Positions 1 through 13,905 of a stretch of DNA of 64,000 bases are shown piece by piece. The notes beneath the pieces are model-generated. The model was not told the origin of the DNA and did no database searches. It worked only from the letters and a program-made list of their open reading frames with translations. The position numbers were made by a program, and so were the translations under genes. Numbering within the stretch: position 1 is the stretch's first letter; each line of letters starts with the position of its first letter. The DNA is taken from assembly GCA_964188305.1 (NCBI GenBank), contig OZ076893.1; one strand, 5' to 3'. The DNA comes from Podarcis bocagei (Eukaryota).

Positions 1-1242
1 ACTTTAAAGAGCAGTTTGGTGCACACAGCACAGAGTGTTTTTCCTTAGCTTTGCTCCACATAAAAATTAGAATAATTTAGGAGAATCTACATCCTAGCAT
101 CATTTTAATTAACGCATAACTGGGCTTTTATGGGGCTAATATTTTTCAGGAAGTTTACCCTGCAATGAAACCACAATTTCAACATTAAATTATCCACAGC
201 AATCATTCTCTTTCATAGTTTAAGTTGCACTCTTTTAGAAAAGAAGGAAAAATGGTTCTCTTCGTGCAATAAACAAACAAACATGGGGAAATGAGGAAAT
301 AATGATACGGTCCAAAAGTATACATTATCACAATGCATAGCTAATAGCTTATTTATTTCACAGCACAGACATGCCTTCTTACAGTCCCCAATTCGCAAAT
401 GCGTTTACTGATGCTAAACTCCTATGGCTGGTTCTAAATATAGGACTTTTATGTGCACAGAAATATAGGGGGGGAGAAGTCTAAAGGTTACAGTAATAAC
501 ACGGCAAAGTCATTTTGAATTAAATAATGAAAAGAGTGCAGGCTTGGGGGTACTGAGGAAATAAGGTAGCTAAATGGTGCCAAGTAACATTAGCTACAGC
601 AAGTCAGACTAACCTTTTTTATCTGTTTCACAAACATACATATCTATAAAAAACATTTTATCCATCCTTTTAAGATTCCAATTTGGTAAATAACTGCCTA
701 TGAAAGTGATGGGTTTCATATTTTCTGACACAATGAAATAGTTTCCCTTGCTGATTTTTTGGCACAATTTTTAACCTTCACATTAACTGAAGTATTATTT
801 ACAAGTTGCATAGACATAACAGCTCACAGTTGGAGAAAAGAACTGCCTAATAAATCCCAGTAATGAATGGAATGGAATCCAATAAAGGCAAGATAATTCT
901 CATGCAAAGTCTTTAACAGGCAAGAGCAATCCTTATCTGCCACCCCTCTTTTTCTACTGGGCAGATATAACCTAGTCCATGCATCACAGCCAAACTATGT
1001 TTTGGGTTTGCATATTTCCCCTTCTGTCCATGTGCTTCCTCATTATCTGGTTCACAGTTTCCATAATTTGCTATGGGATCCAAATTAGGCAAACAATGGC
1101 TACTGCAAACGATAATTAGCCACAAAATCAGAACCGGAAAGACTCTTCAAACCATGGTTTCAAACAATTCTGGATGGAATCAATGGCTTTCCTGATGCAG
1201 ACACCACAGAGCACTATGTTTTACCACAAATCAGAATGTGTA

Positions 1243-1303
1243 CATAGAATCATAGAGTTGGAAGAGACCACAAGGGCCATCGAGTCCAACCCCCTGCCAA
1301 GCA
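1243..1303 (-). mobile_element. CR1-type 3' tail fragment (CR1 LINE or dependent SINE)
   Basis: catagaatcatagagttggaagagaccacaagggccatcgagtccaaccccctgc is the reverse complement of the tail above. Confidence 0.8.
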
Positions 1304-4300
1304 TGGGAAGAGGGGAGAACTGAAGGGAGGAAGAAGGAATTGAATAAGGAAGAGTGTCCATTTCCAGAAACTAATACTATGTGAGTTGTGGCAGTATAAC
1401 TACAGGATATAGTTTGCATGGAACTTACTTTATCAAATGGATGACTCTATCCTCGCCTTCCTGGTTACTGTTAAGTAGAAGTAAGGGGTGATTTCACACC
1501 TCCCTAATTTGAGGGAGTTTGCGTTTTCAAATTTGCTTTAAGCTAGTCCTCAGTGTTAAAGCTTAAAAGCTCTTTTCTGATTCTGTACAGATTATGTGTG
1601 TAACGCATAGACTACAGCATGATGTTGAACTATCGAAAGATATCAATCAAAATTCAAGTGTATTGTGCATGAATGTAATACTGAGATAGAACTTAGGGAT
1701 GGAATATAAGCCCAGTGGTAAATACTTCTGTTCCCCGCAGAGAAATTTCACAGCTGGGATTTAGAGGAATTCTTATTCTACAAACTTTTAACTACTATAT
1801 TCCCCCAATGGTGACAAAATGGTGCTAACAGCAGAAACACGAAATCAAATCCTCCTCAGCTGGTGACTTTCAACTACCGAGTCAGGGCTTCCCAACTCCC
1901 TCTGCTTCCAGTTTTCACACTACAAGTAAAACTATATACTTATCAGGGTGTTTTGATTTTTTTCAGTGAGCCTTTTGTCTGGAAAACAGGAAATCCACAG
2001 AAATCCACTGTTATTACTAGTATATAACGCCAAGAGAATGTGTGTGTATACTGTGCTAAAAGAATTAAAAGACTCATCACTAAGAAGAGCCAAGCAATGT
2101 GCAAATATTTACTCGACAGAAATTAGTTATTGTTCTGCTAGTCATGGGGAGGAGCAAGGGATTACGCAAGCTCTGATCCCTTCCCAGGACCAGTGCTGGT
2201 CCTCTTCAGCTTCATCTAGTTTCTAAAATCCCACCTACATTTCAAGTCTGTCTGCTAGCTTTAAGGACCAGAAGAACACCAAGAAAAAGCTGTTGGCTAG
2301 GACTGATGGGAGTTGTAGTCCAAAACATCTACAGGGCACCAAGTATGGGGAGGCTGGGCTACAAACAGATGTGTTTCAAAAATGAAAGCCAAGGTTCTTC
2401 CATTTTTAAAAATTCTGTGGCAAAGGAGAAAGACTTCAGTCTTGCAAGATCTACGTGGTGGTTTTACTGGCGGCACAAGGTCCACCCATCCGAACCAGGT
2501 GCAGAATGATAAAAAATTTAAAAAGATATGGCTGGTGTGGAGCCAATGATCTATTATGTCTACCTACCTACACTGTGAGTGTAGTGCATTGGGATGATCT
2601 GTGTTTACAAGCACAAATCTTTATCTGAGTTACTGCAGATGAGGTATTCCAGCATTCTAAGACTGGGCCAACATATATGGACAAAGCGTCAGTCAAAGGC
2701 AATCACTTGCTATTAGTATTTCACAGGCAAACAACATTTAGGCTGCGAGATAAAGAATTAGCACAAGATCAGCCATAGGATATCTAATATTTTAAGCAAG
2801 TTGTGTCAACACTCTTCAACATATAGTGCCATTGTCCCAGCTGGGAAATACTGAGGTTCTGAGATTCATGCTAAGGTAAGTAACTGTCCACAACTCTGCA
2901 GTCTTTTTGTTGTTGCTATTGTTAAAAACTGGAAGAAATAAACACTTACTGGTGTCTTGCAAACTGCCCAGAAATCTTACTAGCAGAGCCTGATCCACCT
3001 TCCATAAACCTCAATGCGGAAAGGCTTAATGCAAGGTGCCCTCCTGCCTTCATTATAAAGCATCTTCATGCTTTCCTCACTTTTCCTATCTTTTCTGTTC
3101 CTTCCTCTTTCCTGCCCTTCTAATCCCAGACCCTTCTCCCAAGGATACAGAATGGAGAAGTGGCTTACATAAGGGACGACATCAAACACAATGAAAGCCC
3201 CATGTAAATATTATGCAAATGTGTTACAAATTACACCTGCAGAGCAAATTTATTGCTTTCCTTAAAGGCTATAAAATAAGGGATTTGTCCTGTATACATT
3301 TTAATGCACTTCAAAACATATATTAAATTGCCTACTTCTGTTAGACAGACCATTCAAACTTTTAAGTGCAAAGTAAATACCAAGTGCTATGTTAGTAATA
3401 ATACACAGCCCTAGCATAAAGCTTTTTGTGCTTTCTACCTCCAGTGGGGTCCAGGAACACATAATTGCTGCTTTCCCCCTAGTTATCTAATCATTACACT
3501 GAATGGAAGCCTGTTCGCTATTACTTCACATTTCATAATTATAATTGTAAGAACTGCTTTTGGTGTTCCAGAAACTACTGTGGATCTTAGTAGTTGATTG
3601 TGCCTCTTTAAATTCCATATTTTTATGCGTACTACAAAAACCAAAATGAATTTTATTTATGCCTAGTTCTATATAAAACTACGTTCACATGTAAGCACAA
3701 ACATATTATATATCAACATAGTATATATAAAGCACCTATACACCTCACTTCTTCGTCTTACCAGAATTTAATTATCGGAAACAGTGCAAGTTTATTACCT
3801 TTTTAAATTATCCTGCCTTGTTGTACCTATAAACAAGAAACCAATACTCTATTTCTTCATGTTTGCCATTAATTTCCTCTCTCAAATGAATGAATTACTG
3901 GAGGATATCTGTTTCCTTGCCAAGAGGGCGGGGCGGGGAAGACTTAATGCCACCTCAAAATATAAGACCCCCCAAAATGAAAACATGTGCTGCTTCTTTC
4001 TTCATAACAGAAAAACATTTGATGCTAGAACTGTCATCAAAAAATACGCTTTTTGCAAAATTGAAGGTTGCTAAGAAATACCACTTTTAAAAGAAAGTGC
4101 AGGATATTTTCAAATGCTACAGTTGGTCAATGATGTGTCAAAACTGGGAGGGAAAACAGTTTTCTGTATTCATTTATCTTTACTTTTAATTAGCAAATGA
4201 AAAGGGAGGAGAAACGTTATAGAAATGGGGGGGGGACATTTTTAAAAGACCAATGGGGTGTGTGTTGCAACTTCCAAGCAAACTACTGCAGGTGAGCATA

Positions 4301-5298
4301 GGGTTAGATTCCTAGTTACCTGTGACAGACCTCTATCCATGGGACATTCTTCTGGAGGAAGCATGATAAACAAAATAGACAGGGGAACTAATTTTCGCCA
4401 ATTCCCTTTCCTCCCCAGCCCCCTGTGCCCTTTGAATAGCAACTTCCAAAGGGTGGGGGCCACTCCAGAACAGTGTGGAAGATAGTACTAGATTGATGGG
4501 GTACTTAGTGAAAATCTCCTCCCTGTCTCTTCTCAGACAGAAGCCTCTCTGCTTTCCTTTCCACAGTTATAAGGCAGTCTTCTCCTCACAGAAGTGCAAG
4601 ACAGCATGACATCAGGGTCAGGTTATTGGCAAGATGCATGCTCAATTGCATTCCAGTATAAATGCACCACACATCTCTGATCCATAAAATTAAGGCCTGA
4701 TTCAGGTATTCTTCCACCACATAGTTGCTACTGAAAATGACATCTATATGGTGGGGGCTGCATGCAGATGCAAGAAGTCTCGCAGCTGCATGCAAGTTAG
4801 GAACGCTCATTTGACATCTACACAAAACCACATCTTTGGCCCAATCCTGTGGGATCCTCTCCCAACAGAGATCCAGCTGTCTAGATTACTGACCACAGTT
4901 TGGGAAGTCCGAAGCTAGAAGGTAAGAATTGGGGAAACACTGTGGTTCAGACTAACCCTTTCCTCTCCATTATGTCCTATTCACTAGACTGAAAGTATAT
5001 TATGGGGTAAAGGGACAATAATAAGAGGTTGAGACCATGGGAGATCCAGGCAAGCAGGGCTTTCCTTGTTTTAATGTGGGCAGAATGTACCAACAGAACT
5101 CCCCTAATGCTGAAATGAAAGAACCATAGGAACTTCTGGTTGTGCATCAGGGCCCTATGAACTTTTGGACTGGCCTACATGCCTGAAGACTACCCAAAAC
5201 CTTTCATAATCCTGTGGGTAAGTTCTTTCATGCAATAAATGAGTAGAGACATATTGAAGGAAATTCCCCAGGAGCTAGTGCTGTAAGCACCAAAAAGA

Positions 5299-5300
<2 letters not shown>

Positions 5301-5350
<50 letters not shown>
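5301..5350. repeat. (CT)n microsatellite
   Basis: Direct inspection. Confidence 0.98.
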
Positions 5351-5354
<4 letters not shown>

Positions 5355-6865
5355 TATGTGTGGTTTGATCTGCAGAAGTACTGAATAAGTCAATGGTATC
5401 CAAAACTAAACAAAAAACCAGTCAGACAATTTGAATAATATTTCAACATTTGAAGTTTTGCACAAGGTTTAACCATTCATGCCTTTTGACATAGAAGGCT
5501 AAAGAGGGTTTTAAAAAAAGATACACACACATTTAAAAAATACCTTTTTATCTTTGGTCCAAGGTGTATCTTGCAATCAAGACAACCACAAAAGCACTAC
5601 ACCAAATACCTACCCTCTTAAATTAATGGGGCAACCAGAACAGTCAGATTAGAATTTAGATTTAGTGAGAGGGAGGCAATCTCAGTAAATATTTAAGACA
5701 TTGGTTGATAACCATTTAAGAAACTGTTCATTCAATATTAATGTACTTCTAGAGGGAGAGGCATGCACGTCCACAGCAACATACACGTACTAACTGCTTC
5801 CTTCAAAGACACACAGACACAGACACACACACCACAACACAAACAGAGAGAGAGAGAGAGAGAGAATTTTCAAGCCTTCTGCATGTCAGCTAAAAATGCA
5901 TCACTTTTACATTTGCAAGAAATTGCTTGCACGGTGGTTCTATGGATTTGTCATAATACCTACAAGGCCCAAGTTGAGAATACATGAGGGTTTACAGAGC
6001 TGGACTCGTAAAGGCTGCCAGTGCTCTGGACTTGGAAAGAAGCCTCTGAGGGTGATGTGCTTGCTGCTATGCCCTTCTGCTCGACACACACGTGCAAACA
6101 TGCAGTGATCCATAAAGACAGAGTGAGTCAAATGAAAGAAAGGTGATGAGTTGACAGCATCAGCTAAAGGATGTCCAGAGAAGCTACGACTGAATGGTGG
6201 GGATGTTAAGGTCTGGCACTTATCCACAGAGTCCAAACTAGAAAGGGTGGGGGCAGGTTAGAATCAAGCTCTCTGTATATCTTTCAGTCTGATCTGATAA
6301 ATTTTCTCCTCTGCATTTTAACCCTTATATCACTCTAGAATCCTGACATGTAGAACTTAAACCTTCCTTCTTACAAAATGCATGCTTTCCACTCTGCCGG
6401 TTGCCAACCAGCCAGTGAACACAAACACATAAACACCCACAAACTCTTCCTCCACTCCACATTCAGACGAGAGAAAAAAAAACTAATTTAAAGTATATCA
6501 AACAAAACACATTTTGATAATGTATAAAGATAATACCCAGTGGATTCCTGAAAGATACATGAAATTAATCCCTCTTCTGAAGGCCTTGATGCGAGCTTTA
6601 CACTCTTGGGGTGAATTTAAAATCCCACAAAAGCCCATGATTTATTTCCTTCCAGAATAACAGCAGCAAACACAGATAATTTTAAGCAATGCAAAACATC
6701 TCTTTAAAATTGCTCGGATTGGAAACAGAGGGTGAAAGAACAGGAATTAGGAATTTTTGAGCACTTATTTTCTCCCTGTCATAACTTTGACATGACTTGC
6801 ACTGTCTGTCCCCAAGCCTGAAGGTTCTAATTTTGACCCCCAGCTATTCTCTGTTTACAATACTT

Positions 6866-7177
6866 CAGGGGTAGGGAACCTCTGGACCACAGGCCAATCT
6901 TGGCCTGTCTGGGAGTCCAATGTGGCCCATGAGGCCATTTCCCCAAATCACATGCTGGTGGGTGGTGTTCAATTCTACAATGGCTGCACCCTGCAGTTCA
7001 GTTGTTGGATACAGCCAAAGCAGCAAGATTTAACCTCCCATTGATGAGATGGTGAATGCAGGGTGCTGCTGCTGCAGATCCTGCTCAGAACCCAAGAGAG
7101 AACAGAACTGAAGTCTCTGCTCATCAGCTGAATTGACATCCAAAAACATCTGGAGAGCCACTGGTTCTCCACCCCTG
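6866..7177. mobile_element. Old hAT-Charlie-like MITE (possibly chimeric)
   Basis: TIRs caggggtagggaacc / ggttctccacccctg (13 of 15 match); TSD not preserved. Confidence 0.55.
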
Positions 7178-7267
7178 TAGTACAGTGATGTTTCCACACT
7201 GGGAACTATTTAGAGTGGAGTATGCATCAGGTGCTAAAAGACCAGGTAGAGGTACATCTTCAGAATA

Positions 7268-7437
7268 CAGTTGTACCTTGGAAGTCGAACAGAATCCATT
7301 CCAGAAGTCCATTCGACTTCCAAAATGTTTGGATACCAAGGCGTGGCTCCTGCAGCCAATCAGAAGCCACGGAAGCCACATCGGACGCTTGGGTTCCAAA
7401 GGACGTTCACGAACTGGAACACTCCGAGGTATGACTG
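7268..7437. mobile_element. pogo/Tigger-like MITE (internally deleted)
   Basis: TA|cagttgtaccttgga...tccgaggtatgactg|TA. Confidence 0.8.
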
Positions 7438-9714
7438 TACAACAAAAACAATGAAGGCACCAGACACAGCTCTGTAAGAAGGGAATTTCACAGCTGCCAC
7501 AGAGAATGCCTTCTCTCAAGGAACCACTACCATGACCTGGCCTAAACATCTTCAAAAGTGCCTTACAAAATTACATCTTCCAAAGGTGCCATAGCAATTA
7601 TCTCCCAGAGACAATGGTGGTGGTGAAGTGAGCTTTCTTCACTGCCACTGCCTCCATATGTGCTTTCACCCCTCTGGTGAGGCTCTTACTGACATTTATG
7701 CCCCCTGTTTTCTAGCAGTCAGTCTTCCTGGTTCATTGCACACAAGTCAGTGCACCCTCTGGACCCTGACAGCAAGGGCCCCTAGGAGCAATCGTGTCAA
7801 TGGCTCTATGCACCTCACCATTTCATTGCAGGACAAGAGTCTCAACAGGAGTGCCTGCCATGGCAGCTGGAAAATCCTCCTGGACATTCGGAAATCCATC
7901 AGATTCCGCAAGTCGTCATGCATGGCCTATCTCAATTCAACTTCCACTACAGAGTGGAGTAGCTGTGTTCAACCCAAATCACACCAGTCTGGACCAGACC
8001 ACCCAATCAAAGGAGTATTATCAACGAAAAATAATAGATTAAGGACACACCCAGACACACCAGTAAAGCCAACAAGAGAGTGAAACAGCCCTATGTCTGT
8101 CATGGAGACCATGAAATCCTGAGCTGACCCGTCTGAAACAGCTTCAGTGTGGACATTGAAGGTGTTTTCCAGACTACCTCCACTAGCTAGGTCAGGGAGG
8201 TTGCAGTGCAGTGGATGATACACTAAGAATATCTCTGCTCACAGGTCCAACACCACAAGCAATCCCTCAACCCCAGACATAACATGGATTGGTGTCCTGC
8301 CAAGGGAAACTAAATTTTCAGGGGATCATGACCCTGCCTCCCCACCTTCCTCAACCTAGAACAATGTTGTGCTGTGTATCAAGGCAAACACAGCTGGGTT
8401 AGCATAAAGTCACCCAGCTCACACATACACACTATAGAGTGAAACCAGATCTTATAATTGTTATACATTCATATATACATTTGGATATGATCGAACACCT
8501 TTGGAAGAAGGCAAAGTTTCCTAAGCATTCGGCCTCTCCCTGGGCAAAAAGCATCTTTGTATAGAGGGTTTAATAAGCCTGGGCATATCATCACATTTGC
8601 CACTTCTTAAGAAAAGTACCATTATAATATGTCTGAAATCAGTTTGCTTGCTTGCTTGTCACACATGGGATACTGGCAAAAAGCTTTAACAGAGCCGTTG
8701 CTGAAAATACTCAATAGTAATTTATGGCTCATTTCTACTATTTTAAAATGTCATCACCGTTCAGTGTAATACTGGAATGACTTCCACATCTGAGGATTGT
8801 GATGTTACAGAGTGCAGAATCTTAATTGGAATATATCCATCCAAACTAATTTTTGATAGGCTATTCATGCCCATTCATTCATCTCCTACACAGAGATATG
8901 AAAAATGCAGCTTCCTTGCTTCTACATAACAGCAGTTAAGTCAGTAATGTATCACCAGATAATAGGAACGGTCCACAGCAAAAATTAAACTAGTGTAAAC
9001 AAGGCCAGTAAAGACTAAAAAGGACATGAAAAGCCCCATTTCACACCAGGTATCTTCTTCAGTTATTTCACGGCACTTAAATTTGAGTACTTTGTCATGA
9101 TACCTATATTCTTATATTTATGATTAAATGGGCAGATAAGCATCCCCTGGAAGGGACACCTGAGAAAGTAACAAAGAAAATCAAACACCTGTAATTTCCC
9201 CCATGCCCACCCCTTTTTTAATGACAGGTCTATTTAGCATCAATGTGGAAGAGCTCCATGACTCAAGCTATGAAAGCAGAAACATGTGATCAAGTCCCAT
9301 TTATCTCAATGGGATGTACTCAAGAGTAAACACATTTATAATCACAGCCTAAGTCCCGTTAGGAGTAAGGCAGATAACATTATCAGCATACTACACCTGT
9401 TGTACACAGACGAAAGAAGAAACCCCTCAGCTTAATTTACTGACCAAAAACCCCAGTTGCAGTTCTGCTGAAATGAAACAGTTTGTTGCAATTTTATCAC
9501 CTAATTGAGAGGCCACCATGTGGCAGTATTCCAAGACCTTTGTTTAGGCTGTTTATCATCTTCCACTATCATGTCTCAGTGTTACTGGCCAAAATTAGAA
9601 CTGTATATGTATATGTGTAAATAGACAGACAGATAGTAATGAGAGCATCAAAAAGCACTTCAGACTAATTCATTCTGGATCCTGGATTTAAAATTCTTGT
9701 ACACTTAGTCACTT

Positions 9715-9716
<2 letters not shown>

Positions 9717-9767
<51 letters not shown>
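9717..9767. repeat. (AC)n microsatellite
   Basis: Direct inspection. Confidence 0.98.
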
Positions 9768-9771
<4 letters not shown>

Positions 9772-10447
9772 ATCGGTATCAATATCCATGTACAGACTTA
9801 AAAGTGGATTATTTGAGGTATGCTTCCTTACCTTTTCTATCTCTCCAAACCTTACATCTGTTCTTTTTTCAAAGTGTTTGCAATCATCAAACAAATCATG
9901 CAGTGATTCATTTATCAGTGTGAATAATCCCAACGTTAAGATGTACTAGAAGTTACAGACAAAACTATGTGGGTCAATTTTTTCTGGATCCTTCTCTACA
10001 GTGCTTTTCGTCACTATTATTGAGGGTAACAGCAGCTGGATAATGCTGGTCACATAACAACAAGGTGCTGTGCCAAACTAGTCCACACACCAGTAGATTA
10101 ATGCTGAGTCATCAAATGCCCGTAGCCACAGTGCAGGCTATCCAGCTGCCTCCAGCATATCTAGGAAGTGATCTGCAAGTTATCCTCTCATAGTTGCTCA
10201 CAGTACATTTCACCTTCCTCCCTCAAAATCCTCCAGTAGGTGCCTGCAGCAACCTGCATGCAAGGGTTCCATGAGTCATCAATCTGTTACCATTTATAGT
10301 TGTTTTGAGGGGTTTATGGAAGGGGTACTATTCTAAGGCACATCTGGGAAGTGGGGGCACACTGAACAGAAAGAGGAAAAATGACTCTTGAGGAAAAGAC
10401 AAACAGAAAGCCTGCCAGGCTAACTTTTAGGACTTCTTTTTGCACAT

Positions 10448-10786
10448 GAGTGGTGCTGTGGGTTAAACCACAGAGCCTAGGGCTTGCCGATCAGAAGGTC
10501 AGCAGTTCGAATCCCCGCGACGGGGTGAGCTCCCTGCTCCTGCCAACCTAGCAGTTCGAAAGCACGTCAAAGTACAAGTAGATAAATAGGTACCACTCCA
10601 GCGGGAAGGTAAATGGTGTTTCCGTGCGCTGCTTTGTTTCGCCAGAAGCGGTTTAGTCATGCTGGCCACATGACCCGGAAGCTGTATGCCAGCTCCCTTG
10701 GCCAATAAAGCAAGATGAGCGCCGCAACCCCAGAGTCGTCGGCGACTGTACCTAATGGTCAGGGGTCCCTTTAACCTTTACCTTTA
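10448..10786 (+). mobile_element. Sauria SINE (Squam1/POM type), near full length
   Basis: tRNA-like head (gtggtgctgtgggttaaa; B box agttcgaatcc), body shared with two other copies here, (ACCTTT)n tail; 13-nt internal deletion between tccc repeats. Confidence 0.93.
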
Positions 10787-12569
10787 AAAAGGAAAAGGGT
10801 GAAGTAGCTGCACTGTACTTTACTGTAGCCTCCTTTGCTTGTCTGCTCTATTGGAGTGACAAGGCTGTGGCAGCGTGATAGAAAGTTATCAGCACATGGT
10901 TATTGTACTGCTTCTGAAGCTCTGCATTTGTAAAACTGAGTTAGTGAGAAAAGAAACCAGCCTTAAGGCTCCTCCCACCAGCAATATCCCTAGGGGTGCG
11001 TGTGGCCAGGGACAAATCACCTTGTGGGCTCTCTCATTGCCTTCACCACCACTGTGGCCTCTGCCACTGCTCCTGCTCTACATGGTGGCAATGGTCTCTG
11101 TGCCGGTGATTCTGCATGCTACAGCTCTGCACAGGTATGATCTGAAAGCACTGCTGCTTGCTTTAATTAACTTTTAAAAAACAACCCATTAAATACTCTG
11201 GCTTCAGTATTTCTTCAGCAGCAATGGCATTCATGCTTGCCAGGGTAGCATTTTGCACAAATTCTTTATAAAGACAGGTGGGCGGGCCAAAGGAGGTTTT
11301 TGAATCAGCTGTACTTGATATATAGGGACATAAACAAAGGGTCAAAATCATCTGTCATAACAAAAAAACACAAACAGATTTTACATGGGTTTTGTTATGT
11401 CATATTCCCATGTGAACACTTTTGATGGACATGAGTAGGCGCATGAGAACATAAACTGAAATGGCTTCAAATAGAAATTTTCTATCCTTGGATTATGAAA
11501 AGTAGAGCTTATACACTGTTATACAAGAAAATTCTGTCCCAGCATTCAGATGACAAGCCGCTTGAGCTATACATTCGTGGTTTATAATGCCACCCGAACT
11601 CTCTATGGAATTATATATAGAATAAATGAGAGGCTATAATACATGCCGTAAGTACCTAATATAGCCTTATAAATTATAGGCTTTTACTGCCTTGCAGTTT
11701 ACAATGTAATGCCTCACACAGACACGTGCAGGCATGCACAGCGATGATACAATATCCTGATACAAGACACAGTATCATTCTTAAGCACCAAGAAAATCCT
11801 GTATTGTGGCAAAACAAAACAAAACAAACACTTCAAGGCATAAACAGATTTTGAAGACAAAAAGTGAGACAAAGTATAAAGAAAGACAGGAAATGGCAGA
11901 TTTGGACTAAACTGGAAAAGCAAGCGTTTGGCTGCAGGGGCGACATCCTGCTCTCCGCTGCCACCTGGGAGATTCTATGCTGGAATCTTTACTCCAGGGA
12001 CAGGGCAAAGGGTGCCTCACATCATTGAGCATCATTCTCTCCAGCAGATTAAGGAGCAGCACTGATGGGCTTCACTGGGATTCCTAGCCACAGCTCAACA
12101 TGTGGAAGGATGGTGCTGCAATGCTGGCATTCTGACAGCTAAAAGTAAATAAAGTGGATATCAACGAAAGGTGAGGAGCCCCTGATATATTGTAGAGGGT
12201 TTTCCCCCCCCACTCAAACCTGGATAAACATAAGATAAAACATACTTTATTTTAAAATCAGCTTTTGTTTTAAAAGTTCATCTCCACTAATTTCAGCAGA
12301 ACTAAGTTCCAGCTAAATGTGCTTGGGCGCATAGGCTGTGCCCACCGCTCATTCTGCTTGTCAAACTCCTGCCATTAACCACATTAACCCCCTCAGGCTT
12401 CCCCTTCCCACTCCATGCAACTACAAAGATTGCTTTTCATTTTCCCAACCCCATTTCTGAAGCCACTCCTTTCTTTTATTCTGCAGCTCCACTTTGCATC
12501 CCAGTTTACACCTCATGCAGCTTCCCAGCTCCTTTGGGGGGAAGCCCCCTTGCACACCACACCCCCCGG

Positions 12570-13114
12570 ATGTTGAGTTGTTGTTGGTATCCGTCTGTCA
12601 AGAGAGACAGTCTGGGGCACAAGCCTGGGCAGAGAAATATGTTTGGCACCAGTTTGGCTGGAAGAGTTGCCAGAAGGAGGCGTACAAGCTGCCATCCAAC
12701 CGCCTTAGGGACTCCACTCCAAATTTGTGTAGGGTTTACTCCTTTGCCTTTTCTTCTCCAATAATAATAATAGTAATAGTAATAATAATAAAAAATTATT
12801 TATACCCCACCCTCCCCAGCCAAAACCGGGCCCAGAGAGGCTAACATCAGATATATAACATATTAACATAAAATCAAGCAATCAACTAAAATACACCCTA
12901 AAATCAAATCAGGGTCAAAGTGAAATCCAATCAGATGGCAACCTGCAGATTAGGGATGGGGACATGAAATGCTCACCAGGCCTAACTGTTCTTATATGAG
13001 CCTGTGAGGGAAAATTAGGGGGCAGCAGAGCTTTAGGGCCAGTCTACATTTTCCTAGATGGGTTACCTTCCCAGGGTGATGAGTCCCATCTGCCTCTCAT
13101 TTCCCTCTACAGCA
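12570..13114. mobile_element. Probable RTE-related repeat split by the 12760 insertion
   Basis: ...gggtttactcctttgccttttcttctcc (to 12759) and cctagatgggttaccttcccagggtgatgagtcccatctgcc (from about 13053) are recalled as nearby parts of one lacertid repeat; family assignment is from memory. Confidence 0.5.
12760..13045 (-). mobile_element. L2-like LINE 3' end nested in an older repeat
   Basis: (AAT)n tail followed by ttatttataccccaccctccccagcc, the reverse complement of the 30402-type tail. The distal boundary is approximate. Confidence 0.7.
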
Positions 13115-13301
13115 AACAGGGAAGGAGAGACACTGACTGGCAGTTTTAAACAACAGCAGAGGTTTGAGTACAGCAAGCAGAGGGAGACAGTGAGAGGAAA
13201 ATGACAGATTTAAACAACAGCAGATGTTTAAATAGAACAAGTCAGAGCGGAGACAATGAGGGGGAAAGTGGCAGTTTAGAACAAGGTTTCAGTACAGCAA
13301 A
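13109..13301. repeat. Degenerate minisatellite, about 3 units of 60-64 bp
   Basis: Units start at 13109, 13170, 13234 and 13294 (acagcaa...ggagaca...cag-tttaaacaacagcaga-gttt). Confidence 0.75.
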
Positions 13302-13657
13302 AAGGAGTTAGGAAAGGCTCTGTTCTGTTAACTTTTTGGTGCTAGGTTTTGTGTCATCTCTGTTTCTCTTTGTTAATTAAACAAAAATCAACAACCCTCC
13401 CTTCTCAATCTATTCAGACCCCTGTCACTACTTTCCAGTCTCAGTGTCATTCCATTCTAGCTCCCAGGCCAAGGCCACTGCTACTGTGCAACCTGCCTTC
13501 TCTTTCACACCCTTACCTGATCCTGACTTCATACAAATCAAGGATTGCGATGAGACACTACAATGGGGGCTGTGCAATGACAGCCTGTGTGAGTGTGCTT
13601 TTGTGTGTGTGTGCGCGCGCGCAATTATGTAACACAAACATACACACAACCAATATA

Positions 13658-13905
13658 CCGTATTTTTTGCTCTATAAGACTCACTTTTCCCCTCCTAAAA
13701 AGTAAGGGGAAATGTGTGTGCGTCTTATGGAGCGAATGCAGGCTCCGCAGCTATCCCAGAAGCCAGAACAGCAAGAGGAATCTGCACAGCGATCCCTCTT
13801 GCTGTTCTGGCTTCTGAGATTCAGAATATTTTTTTTCTTGTTTTCCTCCTCCAAAAATTAGGTGCGTCTTGTGTTCTGGTGCGTCTTATAGAGCGAAAAA
13901 TACGG
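13658..13905. mobile_element. Tc1/mariner-superfamily (Tc2/pogo-like) MITE with internal hairpin
   Basis: TA|ccgtattttttgctctataagactcac...gtgcgtcttatagagcgaaaaatacgg|TA; internal inverted repeat cagaagccagaacagcaagagg / cctcttgctgttctggcttctg. Confidence 0.92.

Noticed and set aside
10499-10705. Paralogous small proteins (10499-10705 and 56853-57080, MAKGAG...)
   Set aside because: Both are antisense translations of Sauria SINE copies.
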